From: Paraspadella gotoi
Lineage: Eukaryota > Animalia > Chaetognatha
Reading direction: 5' to 3'
Assembly (NCBI GenBank): GCA_051294375.1
Contig: CM119263.1
Coordinates: 12,503,723 to 12,567,722, forward strand
DNA: 64,000 bases
The notes under the pieces were generated by a model that saw only the letters and a program-made list of their open reading frames with translations, was not told the origin of the DNA and made no database searches. A program made the translations under genes and the position numbers. Within the stretch, counting starts at the first letter, position 1, and every line of letters begins with the position of its first letter. Below are positions 1 to 18,162 of the stretch, in pieces.

Positions 1-2898
1 TTTCGTAGCACAGGTTCTTGATCTCTGAGAAACATCAGGTCTCGCTGAAGGAAATAAGCTCCTTGAACTAAGCTTTGTTCTCGGCACTGATTAACCGCTT
101 CCTCGTGGGCTGACCACTGGTGCTCTTGACGAAAAATCTCTTGTGCCTGAAATAATAAAGGTAAGTATGTACATACAGAAGGCTTTATATTAGAAAAAGC
201 TCTTTCGCCTTTTCGAACTGGGAATCAGTTTTAACCAAATCACTGAACCAAATTTGATACGATTTTGCGTACAGTATCCCAATGGCCGTACAAATGGGAC
301 TATCAGATTCGAGGCGATTTTCGATATTTTACCCCTGAGCCATGGGTGGTCACCCCAGGGGGGAAAATGACTTTTTTTTTTAAAAGAAAAGTTTTCGTGG
401 GATCATTTGCATTAATGAATTAAATTTGTAGAAAAACCATTTTAAAACGAATTTTCAAAAATTTATATTGATTTTTTTCCTTTTGAACATTGTTAGTCAA
501 TCATTTTAGATATAATTTTGTTCCCCTAACGAAAGCTGGTATGAACCTGGAAATTGAGCAAAAATTTCCTTTTCACAATAATAGATTTACTTTTCGGGAT
601 GAAAAATTAACAAAATTTGAAAAAAAACTGTTCATTTTTTGCACACCTGGGCTGACCTGTTAGGGGCCCATATTTCGGGTCATAGGTCAAATTTCAAAAA
701 TCCCCTTGATACTCCCATTTCTATTGCCCAATACTATAGTAGGGGTGGCCTATTTCAGTTGGTTAGGTCAAAAATTTTAATTGAGCTCAAACCAAAATTT
801 ATACATTTCTTAAAAAATTAAGATAGACAAAAAAATTTTAACATGACTCTATACCGTATATATTAATTTTTAAATATTTATTTATAGATAGGAATGGCTA
901 AAGATTTTTTAAAGATTTTTTTAATTTTTAAGATCAGATTCAGAGCCTTAGCCCGTCTGGCGAGATAAAAAGCATTCTCCCCCCACCATTTTATATCGAA
1001 TTACTTGTTGTAATTTCTGTTTCATCCAAGGATCGATTTTGGAACATATTGGATAGTGCTCTTTCAAATAGTTTTGCGCTTCAACCTGATGCAACTTCAT
1101 GTTTTTGCACACTAAATCTGTTGCACCAAGAAGTATTTGAGACAATTTGGCCTGAAAAATTTGAAAAAAACCTAAAACTTAAAATATAATAATCAGAAAA
1201 TATAATGAACTTTGCACAATAGTTAATAACTACCTGTTCGACAAGCAATTTTCCCATTCCGGGTGACATTTTTTCTAATTCATCATTCATGATGACGGCT
1301 TCAAAAACTCGTTTTAAGTACTCGCTCATCAAGGCTTCATTAACCTATGGTAAAAAAAAATAATATAAGATGAAAGAATCTTTAAAATTTTTAATAAGGG
1401 CAAACTGTCACTGGCGCGGTCTACGTACGTAAAGTTGAATAAATCACATAATTTTCATTCAGTACTAATGAATTTTTAAATGAATTTATCACATTTTCCA
1501 TTCTCCCGAGTAAACCTGTCAACTAGTGAAGTTGCACTCACTTGAACCGTAATCTCTTCGTCGTTGTATCCAAGACCTTTTAATTCCGAGATCAACCTGG
1601 ATCGATACTGAGTGTACCAACCCTTGGGTTCTTTGTAAGTGATCGCAGTCAATATTGGAATAGCACGAGACATCAGATCCTTGTTCCAAATTCGCAGGTC
1701 TATGTCTATGCTCGTAGGAGCATGAGGCGTATGGTAGAGGTACGGGATTGGAGGAGGACGTTCTTGCAGCTAGAGGAAGTTATAGGGATATCTTGAGTGG
1801 CGAGTAAGTATTAGTCATGATTTGTCCTTTAAATATACCTGATCTCCGTTGAGCATCGGCGCGCAGTCTTTGACCCGAACCTGCAAAAATTCCGCGTATT
1901 TACGCCACTGCGGTTTTTGGGACCTTTCCACGACCAATTCGGCTACGAGGTAGTTCTTGTGAGCGTCCTGAATCTTGGCTTCGAGTGAACCGGGCCGCGT
2001 GTGCGGAACGCCAAAACCGATGTCGACAAGAAGCTTTAAGGCCTCTCCGAGACTCTTAATGGATTCGGAAATGCTGAAGACGTCGCCTGTAAACCGATCC
2101 TTTGCCATGATGATGATCAATCGGAGGGCCACAGCCAGATCATTCAAAAGAGTTTCGTCCGCCCTTTTTGTGCCCTAAATTGATAAAATTTTATAACCAC
2201 ATTGTTACCATGTACGTAATGAATCAGTTTCAAGTATTACTTTTTGAAGAATCTCCGAAAGTCTCCAAACATGAGTCTGTCCAGGAAAATGGATAGAATT
2301 GACGACGAATTCACCACTCTGTCGGACGCTTTTTAGTTGGGACTCGGAAAGGCGACGCGGGTTACCGTGTGGATCCAGTGCCACCTCTTCTAATTCGTCG
2401 AAGGTCGGCGATATGAATAACTTTCCTTTGATTGTAGCCGTTTGTTGGCTAACATCTACTGAAAATTTACAGCTTAATATCAAGTCCTGATACAAATGAA
2501 AAATATCAATTTACCAATTCCATCGTCCAGGCCTGTGAGAGAAGGCGGAAGAATGATGGGAAAAAATTTCCAATGGTAAAGTGTTTTTTCGGCTATGACT
2601 TTGATGCAACGCATCACGTCTCCGATTTCCGTCGAAACATCCCCGTCGTTGAGGTTTAAATGAAACTGAACACCTTGTTTTACCGGCCGAACCCCTAGAT
2701 AGTGATAAGATAGTGCCACGATCATTACGGCGAAAAACAATTTCTTTAATTACCTAACGTGCTGACATTGGAAGGCGTGGTCACGTTGTGGTATGGATGC
2801 TCGACCGGATTGACAAGGCTCGAAGAAGTCGAAGAAAGCCGTCGAGGGACGAAGCCACTCGAATTCTCCATATCAGGAGAAGAGGTGGCCCAATCCAT
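1..2898 (-). CDS. Uncharacterised multi-exon protein, at least ~503 aa, continuing beyond the window start
   Basis: Phase-consistent GT-AG exon chain: 2898-2754 (MDWATSSPDM...), 2694-2515, 2458-2241, 2174-1839, 1769-1542, 1344-1234, 1151-1005, 146-<1 (AQEIFRQEHQWSAHEEAVNQCREQSLVQGAYFLQRDLMF...). It joins six separate short ORFs of the track into one stop-free frame. No domain recognised. Confidence 0.8.
228..775. mobile_element. Degenerate foldback/MITE-like non-autonomous DNA element inside intron 7 of the left gene
   Basis: The left arm (~228-372) matches the reverse complement of the right arm (~630-775) in successive blocks: TTTTAACCAAATCACTGAA vs TTTTGACCTAACCAACTGAA; TACAAATGGGACTATCA vs TAGAAATGGGAGTATCA; AGGCGATTTTCGATATTTTACCCCTGAGCC vs AGGGGATTTTTGAAATTTGACCTATGACCC; GGTCACCCCAGGGGG vs GGTCAGCCCAGGTGT. 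The interior is AT-rich and non-coding. No TSD resolved. Confidence 0.6.
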
Positions 2899-5800
2899 TG
2901 AAAGTTTTTTAAGACATTTTCACAATTTTTAGGATTGGTGGAGAAGAAAGTAATACGCCCATTCTATATTACATGGCTGGTTTTATCGAAAAAATAAAAT
3001 TTCTTCAACTTGAGTTTAAAAATTCTTAGAGTAAAATAGACAAATTTGCCATCCCGGAAAGGCGACACCTTAAGTAATAATACAGCCTCACTCTTCCTTT
3101 TTTCCATGTCATAGAGGTGTCGACTTTCCGTGAATGCAGCAGCGTTCGAGATACATTCAGTTTTAGCCCACGGGCAGAAACTTAATACCCCGGTTAAAAC
3201 TTTTCGGAAGCTTTCGGAATATAGGGTCTTCGAGCTGTGTAATATGTACGTATGTCGACACACATCTTTGACATTTTGTGAGACGAGAAGAAAATAAATT
3301 TTTATGACAACTAGCGAGCTAGGTCATAAACTCGATTATGGTGTCCTTAAGGTGCATAATCGATACTGGACGCGGTCGTCATAAAATGAAAACTTAAAAA
3401 TAACAATAAATGATGGTCCATTTGTTTTTCATTGAATTTTTTGTTTGTTATCTTATATTTATTCTTAAAAGCTAAAAGGAAAGTCAATTACTTAATATCG
3501 ATGAAAACGTTTTATTAAGATTCTTTTTTTCAGTGGATTTGACGCCTGGCCGCGGACTCGGCAAATCCGCTTGCTCCTTTGTCTGTACCGTATGCGGTCT
3601 ACCGGGTCTGCGCGCTCTTTTGGAAATAATTTGAAAAATACATTTGAAGTGGTAAAAATCTTTTTGTTTCTTAGAAATTGACATAAATGTGAAAAAATCC
3701 TTAAGGAACATATTTCTATTATAATTATCCTAATTGCTCCAAAGGGAAGAACAGTTTTTTTGCAAGTGCGCACCGCTAAGCCGACCAAATTGCTGCTACA
3801 CTCGGAAGTCATTGATGATATAACGTTTAGGCTCAATTGGTTGATATTTCATTAAACCTTTTCAAAATACTTATAAGCATTCTTCTCATGTCTCTGGGGA
3901 ATTTGCAAATACTGTTCACAATTATGAATTTTTTGAAAAAAATTTTCAAATTGTTTTGATATCCCTAACAAAATTTACAAATAACTAAATTAGCAAGTGA
4001 ATTGAGGGGTCAATCAAATTAAAGGAAAGGCCAGGTCGATTCTATTATATTCTATGATGTATTATTTCCATATAAGGTCAGTTTCCAAAAATGTTATCGG
4101 TTTTAATATACCTACAACGGTTTTCCACGGTTTTTAAGTTACTGTTATGCAAAATTTATTTTAAAAAGGGCTCAATTATTTTTCATTACTCATACAAAGA
4201 CAGCAAAAAAACATTGTTCAATATTCAATCGCTCAATCTTTTCATCACTCCACCCCAATTGGCCGCATTTCATTCAATCGAGGTCGAAACTAAATTGGTT
4301 CTTGTGACTTAATCAACTAGGAAACGTCGACAAAGAAGACGACCCTAACGACGAAGGAAATAAAAAAATTGGATAAAATTGAATTAAGCCCAAAAGCTTA
4401 AGATTCGATTTGTGTTTAATAAATTTATTTTATATTCAATTTCAATCGTTCGCTTCCGCAACTGATTGTTAATTGTTCTATCGCAATAATAGTTAATAGT
4501 ATACCCCTAAAAATAACAGTGCTTAGCTCTCTCGCTTTAGTTTAGTCTCTGAAAAAATGAACATATATTTTCCAATAAAATCATAGTATCATTATCACAC
4601 GGACGTGCTGATAATATCAATAATTACAAAAAATTAGATTCCTGAAGTAATAACATGACAATGATTGTAAAACATTCTTTTTCTCGAAATCACTAAAAGT
4701 AAATGATGTCCGATCAAGATCACAACCAACCCTGAGGTTGTGTCAATGGTCAAATATCGCAAGAAGATTATGCATCCTTTTTCAGATCGCATTTCACCCT
4801 ACCTTCGAATCTCACCGATATTGTCGAAAATTGGGATGGATGACGAGGTCGAGAACAGGCAAACCATTTTAGTAGAAAACTTTATTATTGTTATAATTTA
4901 TTCTATATATTTAAATTTATAATAAAATCCTGTCGAGCGGAAACTAGATCAACTTTTATTTTTTTCTGCGGTCTCCCCTAATAAATATTGAACATTCTCC
5001 AAGTTTACGTTGGCTCGAAAGAAAAAGAACAAGAAAAAAACCCCGATTGTTAGATGTCTCAAACGCATTCTGAGAAGCTGCAGCAAGAGCAAAAAAATTG
5101 CAATAAACTTAAAAGGCTCCTTTTATAAACAAATGTATGTAAACATACGGCGTTACAACCCCTCAACTCATGGTTGCACAATGCACAGCGGGAAATTATA
5201 AGTGAGCTTTTCGACGACATCGACGTGCCTCTCGTCAGTTGCCAACTTCTACACCTTCGTCAATAAAAAATTCAGACGACATACAGCTCTTGTTTCCGAA
5301 ATTCGTCTCCGACGTACGAACGCTTCAGCATTGATTTTTACTCGCCAGCTGTGCAGCGGCGACGACTTAAGTGAAGACGACGACGATGACGATGCTGACT
5401 CACGACCTCTTTTCAGCTTCACTGATTGGTTTCCGCTCTCCGTTGTGCGCCCTCGGCGTGCGGTCGAGCACGTGAAGGATGAAGCGACGTGGTTGTAGCG
5501 CATTCAATTCCATTCGGATTTCGGTCGAGCGTTGAAACAATGAATTTACGATTTTTATTTCAAAATTTACATGTAGTATAAATAATAAATAATTCTTTTT
5601 ATATAGGCACTGATAGTGACTGATTAGTTTATTGAACCATTTTTATCAAATCTTAGCAAAACTAACGAAGGATGCTCCAATTCTGCTCTTATTCGTACGC
5701 CTCTCTGCTGCGTCCAATCGCCTTCGGGAGAGTTCATCAGAGGACGTCTCTAATTCCATTTTTGTCCAATCGGACCGTGTCAAATTAGACGCCCAAACTA

Positions 5801-6520
5801 GTTTTTCATGGGATTCTTATTTATACTCCGTTCTGTGATGGCATTCTCCGACTAAAATTCTATCTAGCCACTAAAAGCAAAAATATTTGAGAATCCTTAA
5901 CATTTGTCAACATTAAAATTTTGACGACTCTTAACGAAGAACGAAGAAACAAATTTCTCGTCCCAATAATAGCCACTCATGTTTTTTAAATTTTTTCTTA
6001 GGTTAAAGTGATTGCTGCTTAAAGTGACGGAAAATTCTTAAGGTTTCATAATATTTAATATAAATGCATAGTTGTACGAATCAAAATTCAAACGGATAAA
6101 GGAGTTTCATATGACGAAAAAAAGTTAAGTCATGGAAGCAAAAAAAGGATAGGATGAACCATTGGTTTAAAGTTAAATTCTAAAAAGTTTGAAATACAAT
6201 GCTCGAATTATAAGTTTTGGTGTTAAAACGAGAGCAAATCACGAAATTGAATTAGTGTCGTTATTAGTTTATCGGCAAACTCATACGAATAAACCATTTA
6301 TCATCTTTAACGCTTTTTTAGTTTTGTTGACGTTGTTGCAATGAAATTAAACTCGTCTTCGTAAAAATTTTAACAATCGGGGAATTTTTTAATCATTGAC
6401 AAACTCTTCGCCTTTTTAGTTTTTTCGCTCTAAAGGGATTTTGCTTCGATCTTAGTTTATCCTCGGCTTCGTATCATAATCCATTTCTGTCGACTTTCCA
6501 GTTTCCTCACTATTCATGAG

Positions 6521-6667
<147 letters not shown>

Positions 6668-7937
6668 CTTCTTCTCATCTGTAACTTAATCCTTGTATGG
6701 CTTTTTTTTAATTCCTCGGCCCTTCAAGCGGGTTTTATTCCCAAAAGGAAGCCGTTTTATGAGTTTTAGACGGTTTAACGTCGCCTTGCTAATGAAGATT
6801 TTCGACGACGACTACAAACCCTGAATCCTAAACTTTAGTCTTCGAAGAAACTGAACTACCCATTGGGTTATTGTTTATTTAACGCGTTTGGTTAAGCGGA
6901 ATATATGCGCAGTGCGCAGAGCACGTCAAATTTCTCAAAGTAAATCATAAATATTATTCTACCAATAAATATTAAATGAGAGTAAATGTAATAAATATTT
7001 CATTATAAAAATAAAATTTTAGTCCCTTAGAGTTAGAGTTAGACATAATTTACCAATGGGCTATATTTTATGCACTCTGTTAAAATATAAAAATTTAGAA
7101 TATTTTTTATTAATTTTGTAAGCATATTTTAAATGGTTGTCATTAAACATTTTAAAGTTGTTCTTTTCAGATCTCCTCGTCCGTCGCCATTCACCTTCGT
7201 CACTTCGTAAGTTCGTCTGCTTTTCGTTGTTTTTTCGGCTCTCATGATAGTATTCAACTTTTTTTCTCGTCTTGGCTTCACTCGTCAACTTTTTTGTCGG
7301 CTTTTCATCGCTCGGCTCGTGGGTCCTTCGTTGCTTTGTCTCTTTCTTCGTCCGCCGTCATCTTCCATCCCCGATTGTTTGCCCGCTCCACTTTTCTCTC
7401 GCTTTTTCTGGGTCGCGAATTCTGTTTAGGATCCGAATTTCTCAGTCGACATCGTTTCAAGCTCTAGTATAACTATTTAGTTTTCAAGAGCTGCTGTGGT
7501 ATTATTGCGCTCACTTCATCGGCTAACCGACCCATTGATCTATAAATAACAGCGACCAGATCTAAGTTGACAAACGTGATCTTCAACACCTTTACCAAAT
7601 TATCAATCATTACACTTTCGTAGACCAAGAATCGCGTTTCGATTCGCAATAACTACTAACGCGCTCGTTCGCACTGAAAAAATGCCAAACAACAATAGCA
7701 TGCCACAGCAATGGCCACCAACGCTACAACATCACTATACCTCTTTGACTCCTTTACAAAAATAGCGAAAAAACATCGTAGGAGACCAACGACGACTGAC
7801 GTCCTCAACTCCAAGGCTTTTTTCTATTTCGCGAAGCTCTACCTGACTCCGTACGCTTTCTTCACGTGCATCTTGTTTCAAAAGATGACGCACTTTTGTT
7901 TTGATCTTCTGCGCGCTTTTGTTTTGTTTTAATGCGT

Positions 7938-8009
<72 letters not shown>

Positions 8010-9225
8010 CTTTTCCGCCTTCTCGTCCTCTTTCTCTTTTCCGAATTCTTCCGCGTTCACCCAACCCCATATGGCGCAAAACTTGCAGCGACGTCAGCAG
8101 CGACGACGTCGACGTGGCCAGCAGCGGCAGCGTCGTCGACACCGCAAGCCCGGAAGGGCCCGGCAGCGGGGCCGGCTCGCCGTGAGATCGGAACTCAGAA
8201 ACTGCTTCTTACTTTTTTTTTGTTGCTAAAAGAATAACTTGTCTCTGAGATTTTATAGTGTGTAAACTGTGTATAATAAATAGGGTTCCTTTTAGCCTAC
8301 TAAGTCAAATCTTTCTAAAAAAATTGGTTCATATTATTTTGCCATCGTCTTGGTCATCGTCGTCATGTTCGTCATCATCCTATACCTCGCTTTTTTCCTT
8401 TTCACGCCTGAGCGAAAACAAACATCAATCTCGGGGTTTCGTATTCGCTTTCTTCATTTCCACTTCTCGTTGACCTAACCTCTGTTTTCCCGCTTCTCCT
8501 TTCCTTTTTATCATTCTAATCCTTTTGTTTTCTCATTATTGGCTCATTTCTTTCCGTTTCATTTTGTAATGAAAATCACTTCCTAGTTCTGTTTTAGTTT
8601 TAATATTGTTTTTTGTTTTGTTTCTATTTTCTATTTTGTTTCTTATTTCGAACTTTTCGTTTCGTTGCGTTTGAAATTAGAATTAAGCGAAATTGTTTGT
8701 TTTGCTTACAGACAACGAATTTGTTTTTATTTTCCAGGATATATTCAATAAAAACAAATTTGTTGTCTTGTTTTGCTTAGAGTCTAAGCAAAACAAACGA
8801 TTTCACTTAAATTATTATTTTGTTTCTTTATTATTTTACCTCATTTACTTTCCCCCTTCTTTGCATCTTTATTTTGAGTATTTTTTCTTTGGGTCAAAAC
8901 TTATCCATTACTTCCTGTGATGTATTTTCGGTTGTTATTTAATCGAATTTTACACTTCGTGCTATTTTAATCTTTATTGACTATTAATTCAATTTATTTT
9001 TTTTTTAGTCCCGAATTTTTTCTTCGCCATCAACATTTCGGCCGTCTTTTTAGTCAACCAAAGCGTTTTCGAGTTTTTAGTTCAACGAATATAAAAATGA
9101 ACATTAAATAAAAATCAGTAAAAACAAAACAAAAACAAAAAATACCAAAGCGATAATTAAAAAAAGCCAACTAGGTGATCGACTTATCGAATAACTAAAG
9201 ACATCGCGCGACTCTTTTCTTCGAA

Positions 9226-14253
<5,028 letters not shown>

Positions 14254-14810
14254 AAGACTGAATGCACACATTTTTCACAATTTACATTAGTTTAAATATT
14301 CGTGATCTGCGCAATCCTTAAAAAAAGCAAATAATTGTACCGATAATTAGTTGCTTCTTTATAGAGCCATCCGAAAATATTTTTTGGCAGTTTTTTTTTC
14401 TATTTTCGATACCTTTATCGTTGCTTCGTTGTCCAACTGTTTGCTAATTAGCCTTAACCATGACACTATTTCTATGTACTTTCAATGGTTTTTCTAAACG
14501 TTTATGTGATTTCATTAGATTGTATATAATGTAAATCTTTTTTTCTTTCAACCTCCCATGACATTTGTATTTTCATTTAAATTTCCCACCTACTCTTGCC
14601 TCTATTGTATATAATTGATATTGTAAAAAAATGTATTAAAGCTTTTTCGAGTACCTAAAATAGTCCAAATTTTTTGTCATTAAAACTTTCAAAATGAAGG
14701 ATTTTAATTATTTTAACAATAAATAATTTTATTAATGACGTAATGATGGTCAAAAAGCAGAGAGTCAATCAATGAAGCGATTTAAACCGGAGAAAGATGA
14801 TTAACGAATG

Positions 14811-17800
14811 TCATCCGTCATTGTCGTCGTTGTGACGGTCGTCTTCGCGTTCGTATTCGTCGAATTCTTCCCTCTGTCGATCTTCGTTGTCCTCGTCGCC
14901 GTCGTGACGATCGTCGTCGCGATATTCGTCGCGATCGTCGTCACGATATTCGTCTTCGCGATATTCGTCTTCATGATATTCGTCGGCGCCGTAATCGTCT
15001 TCCCGATATTCATCTTCTTGATATTCATTATCTAAATGTTCATCCTCTTTATATTCGTCTTGATGTTGATCTTCCCAATTTTCATTCTCGTGTTCATCAA
15101 CCATATTTTCGCTTTCTCGATGCTCATCATTTCTGTAATCTTCATGATGTTCATCCCGGTATTCATCTTCCCGATATTCATTCTCCTCTCCGTGGTCCCG
15201 ATATTCATCATCTCGTTCATCGTCCCGATATTCGTCCTCTCTTTGTTCATCATCCTTGTATTCGTCCTCTCGTTCGTCTTCTTGATATTCATTTTCTCGC
15301 CGTTCATTTTCCCCGTATTCGTCCTCTATTCGTTCGTTATCCCGGTATTCATCCTCTCGTTGTTCGTTTTCCGGATCTTCCTCCTCGGCGTCGTTATCGA
15401 GGTCGCGTTCTTCTGTCAAAGAACAAACATCGTCTCGTTCATATTGATCCTCATCGTTATTTTCCTCTTCGGTGAATATACGGGCGTCGTCATCGTTCCC
15501 TTTGTCAAGGTCCTCATGAAAGTCGACATTTTCGTCGACCTCATCCCAATATGATTCAGGATGATCGGTCGAGTAATCGTAGGCCTTTTCATTTACATCG
15601 TTATCGTGATTATCGATATCATCGTAACTGTACTCCCTCGTTTGATCGTTATTGTAATTATCATGGTCCGTCACGTCACTGGTGTATATGTTATCGTTAT
15701 CATTCGTTAGATTTTGTTCAATATTATCTTCGAATTCGCAGTACTTGCTTTCAATAATATCAAATCGATTTTCATTTTCATAATCTTCGGATTGGTGATA
15801 CCTTCTCTCATTTAGGAAGTCATCCTCAGGTTGATTGCACTCTTCGCTATTGAGCTGGTCAGTTTGAGCCAATCTATTGTTACCCTCCTCGTAACTGAAC
15901 TCTGCTATCTGATCGCTGTCAAATGCATCATATTGATCATAGACGACCTCCTTCTCATTAATATGGTCATCGTTTGATTGATTGTGAATCGTCAAATTCC
16001 AAGAATCTTTTAAAACGTCAGGGCTTTCGGCAATAGCATATTCATTCAGCAATTGCTCTTGTTCGAACTCTCCATGTTCCGTGCTTGGGCATGTATCTTT
16101 ATCATTTTCATCGTCTCCATCTTGTGCAAAATTCTCCATTTCGTCATTGTCGTCCAAATCAAAATCATCATTGTCCTGTTCCGATTGACACTTAAAGTCG
16201 GTACATATTTGTGCCTCAAGTGAATGATAAGATGGCTCATCGATTAGTTCATGTTTGCTCCCTGGATTTTCCTGATCGTTTCTTCTCCATATATTTTCTC
16301 CGTCAGCCTCATTTTCATTTTCAAACCTCTGCTCTTCCTCTTCAATATGTTCCTCCCATTCTTTTTGGGAGGATGCTTCTTCCGTCTCGACTTCGTAAAC
16401 GTTTTCACGAGCCTCGTTTTGGATTCCTAAAGTGACATCAGTGACGACGGGCTTCGACTCTATCTCCAAGTCGATTTCTTTCATCTCAAAGTTTTCCTCG
16501 TTGAAGATTTCGTCGCTTCCTTCATTAAATTCTTGGCTGCCCAGCTCGACTTCTTCACGAAGAAACTCTTCCTCTCGGGGACCAGCCTCGAAAGAATCGT
16601 CCTTGACATCGAAATCTGCGTCTTTCTCCACCGAATTCCTTTGTTCGTCGCATTGGAACCGCGATTCGGAATCCCCCTCTAGCGGCGACAGCAGTCGTGC
16701 CGCCATTTCACTCTCGATGTTTTCGTTGACGGCATTTTGTTGGGCTTCTCGATCGAACTCGAGTCCGTCGTCGCCAAAGACGCGACTCGATCCTTCCACC
16801 GATTCTCGGTCGGCGTCGATCTCCTCATCGTCATCCTCTAGGATGAGGATGAGGAGAATGAGGATGAGGAGAATGAAGATGAGGATAATTTTTTTTTCAC
16901 TCTTAGAGATTTACAGTGGGAGGAAATATGAACTAAAGTCATGTCACCAGACAGCATCCCTCTTCATTCAAATCAATCAACGTAGTGTGGCCTCACGTCC
17001 ACCATCGTTCGGCTCAGAGGGGAACACACGTTGTGTTCCATCCACAGTCCTAACGACTTCCCTCTGCGAACCAGTGACTGAAGGCGTCACTGAGGGTCGG
17101 AAGCCCCCAAAGCCAACAGTGAGATACCCCATAGTAGTTGCTTTTTCTATTCATATTTAAGAATTACCTTCTTCTTCACCTCCCTCGTCGTCGTCGTCGT
17201 CGTCTTCGTCGACCTCATCATCCCCTCGATCTCCTTCTTCCGCCTCTTCCTCGAATTCCTCCTCTTCGAATTCTTCGTCCCCACCGCCGCCATCGTCGTC
17301 GTCATCGTCATCACCGCCGCCGTCATCTTCGACCGTCTCGAACACCTCCTCCTCCAAAATCATCCCCTCGAGGATAGCCTCTCCCTCGTCAAGTCCATCG
17401 TCGTCGTCGTCTTCGTCGTCATCTTCTTCGTCCTCGTCGTCCTGCTCATCTTCTTCCTCGTCGTCGCCTTCGGTGCCGGCGCCCGTCACGAAAGCCTCGA
17501 GGTCGTCGTCTTCGTCGGCGCCCACGTCCTCGGCGTCTTTGTCGGCGTCCGTGACTTCCATGACGCCGTCGACCACGACGAACGCTTTGCGACTGGGATT
17601 CGGCGGTTTTGAGACGTAGAAACCGTGTTCGAGGATGTCGCTGGGGACGGGGAAATGTTTAGGGTTTTGAGGAAAGAAAGGAGGAAAAGGAGAAGTATTG
17701 AACGAGAGTTTTGGACTTTCCAAATTAGAGGGCACCAGTGGGAAAATTAGGTATATTTACCTTTGCCGGAATTTATCCGAACCATGAAAGGAAAATAATC

Positions 17801-18162
17801 ACAAAAAAAAGTAAAAAGGCAGGCTGCTAAGTGTTGCAGCCGCCACAGCGTACAGGTGCAACAATACTTAAACGCCAATCCGTCTTGGTACTAATCTTCC
17901 GCATTCACCTGAGCGTCATTATCCTTGGCGCCCTTTGGTTTTCGCTGGTGAGATCAACGTATCCGACGATGCATTCCTCAGGATTCTTGAACTTGATGAC
18001 GAAGTCGACGCCCTCCTTGGCGTCCCTCCAGGGTCCTCGCTCCCGCGTCGCCTGGCTGCCAATCACCCGGATCAGATTTCCATTTGGCGCAGCGGAGAGG
18101 TGCGACGCCGGCAGGGTCGACAGTTCAGCTTTGCGGCTCTGAGCGGCAGGCGCGTTCCCCAT
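14811..18162 (-). CDS. Very acidic (D/E-rich) 917-aa protein with a short globular-looking N-terminus and possible N-myristoylation (MGNAPA)
   Basis: Three phase-consistent exons: 18162-17909, 17640-17168, 16837-14811 (254+473+2027 = 2754 nt). They join ORFs 17905..18162, 17157..17735 and 14811..16799. Exon 2 has a poly-D/E tract; the C-terminus has degenerate pentapeptide repeats (DEYRE/DEYRD/DEHRE). Confidence 0.85.
16985..17132 (-). ncRNA. Unidentified structured RNA-like element, copy 1 (compact form), in intron 2 (17167-16838) of the acidic-protein gene
   Basis: Collinear homology to 63564-63783. On the + strand, GTTCCATCCACAGTCCTAA is identical (17035-17053) and CCAAAGCCWACAGTGAGAT is at 17107-17125. 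Stems: GGAACAC/GTGTTCC, CAGAGGG/CCCTCTG, CAGTGAC/GTCACTG. The strand is inferred from G-U wobbles and host orientation, and is not certain. Confidence 0.6.

Noticed and set aside
2175-2208. Apparent 34-nt intron in the left gene
   Set aside because: It gives a frameshift; the donor at 2240 (66-nt intron) keeps the frame.
2964-5503. Short ORFs at 2964-3263, 3492-3836 and 5249-5503 as genes or viral remnants
   Set aside because: No recognisable motifs and no phase-consistent exon chain found; left unannotated.
14811-15400. DEYRE repeats as a neuropeptide precursor
   Set aside because: No signal peptide and no recurrent KR/GKR cleavage-amidation sites.
14808-15554. Very hydrophobic + strand ORFs (V/I/F-rich) as membrane proteins
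   Set aside because: They are antisense shadows of the D/E repeat exon.
16988-17016. Minus-strand GAGCCGAACGATGG...ACGT as group II intron domain V
   Set aside because: It does not form the DV hairpin, and copy 2 has a hairpin inserted at that point.
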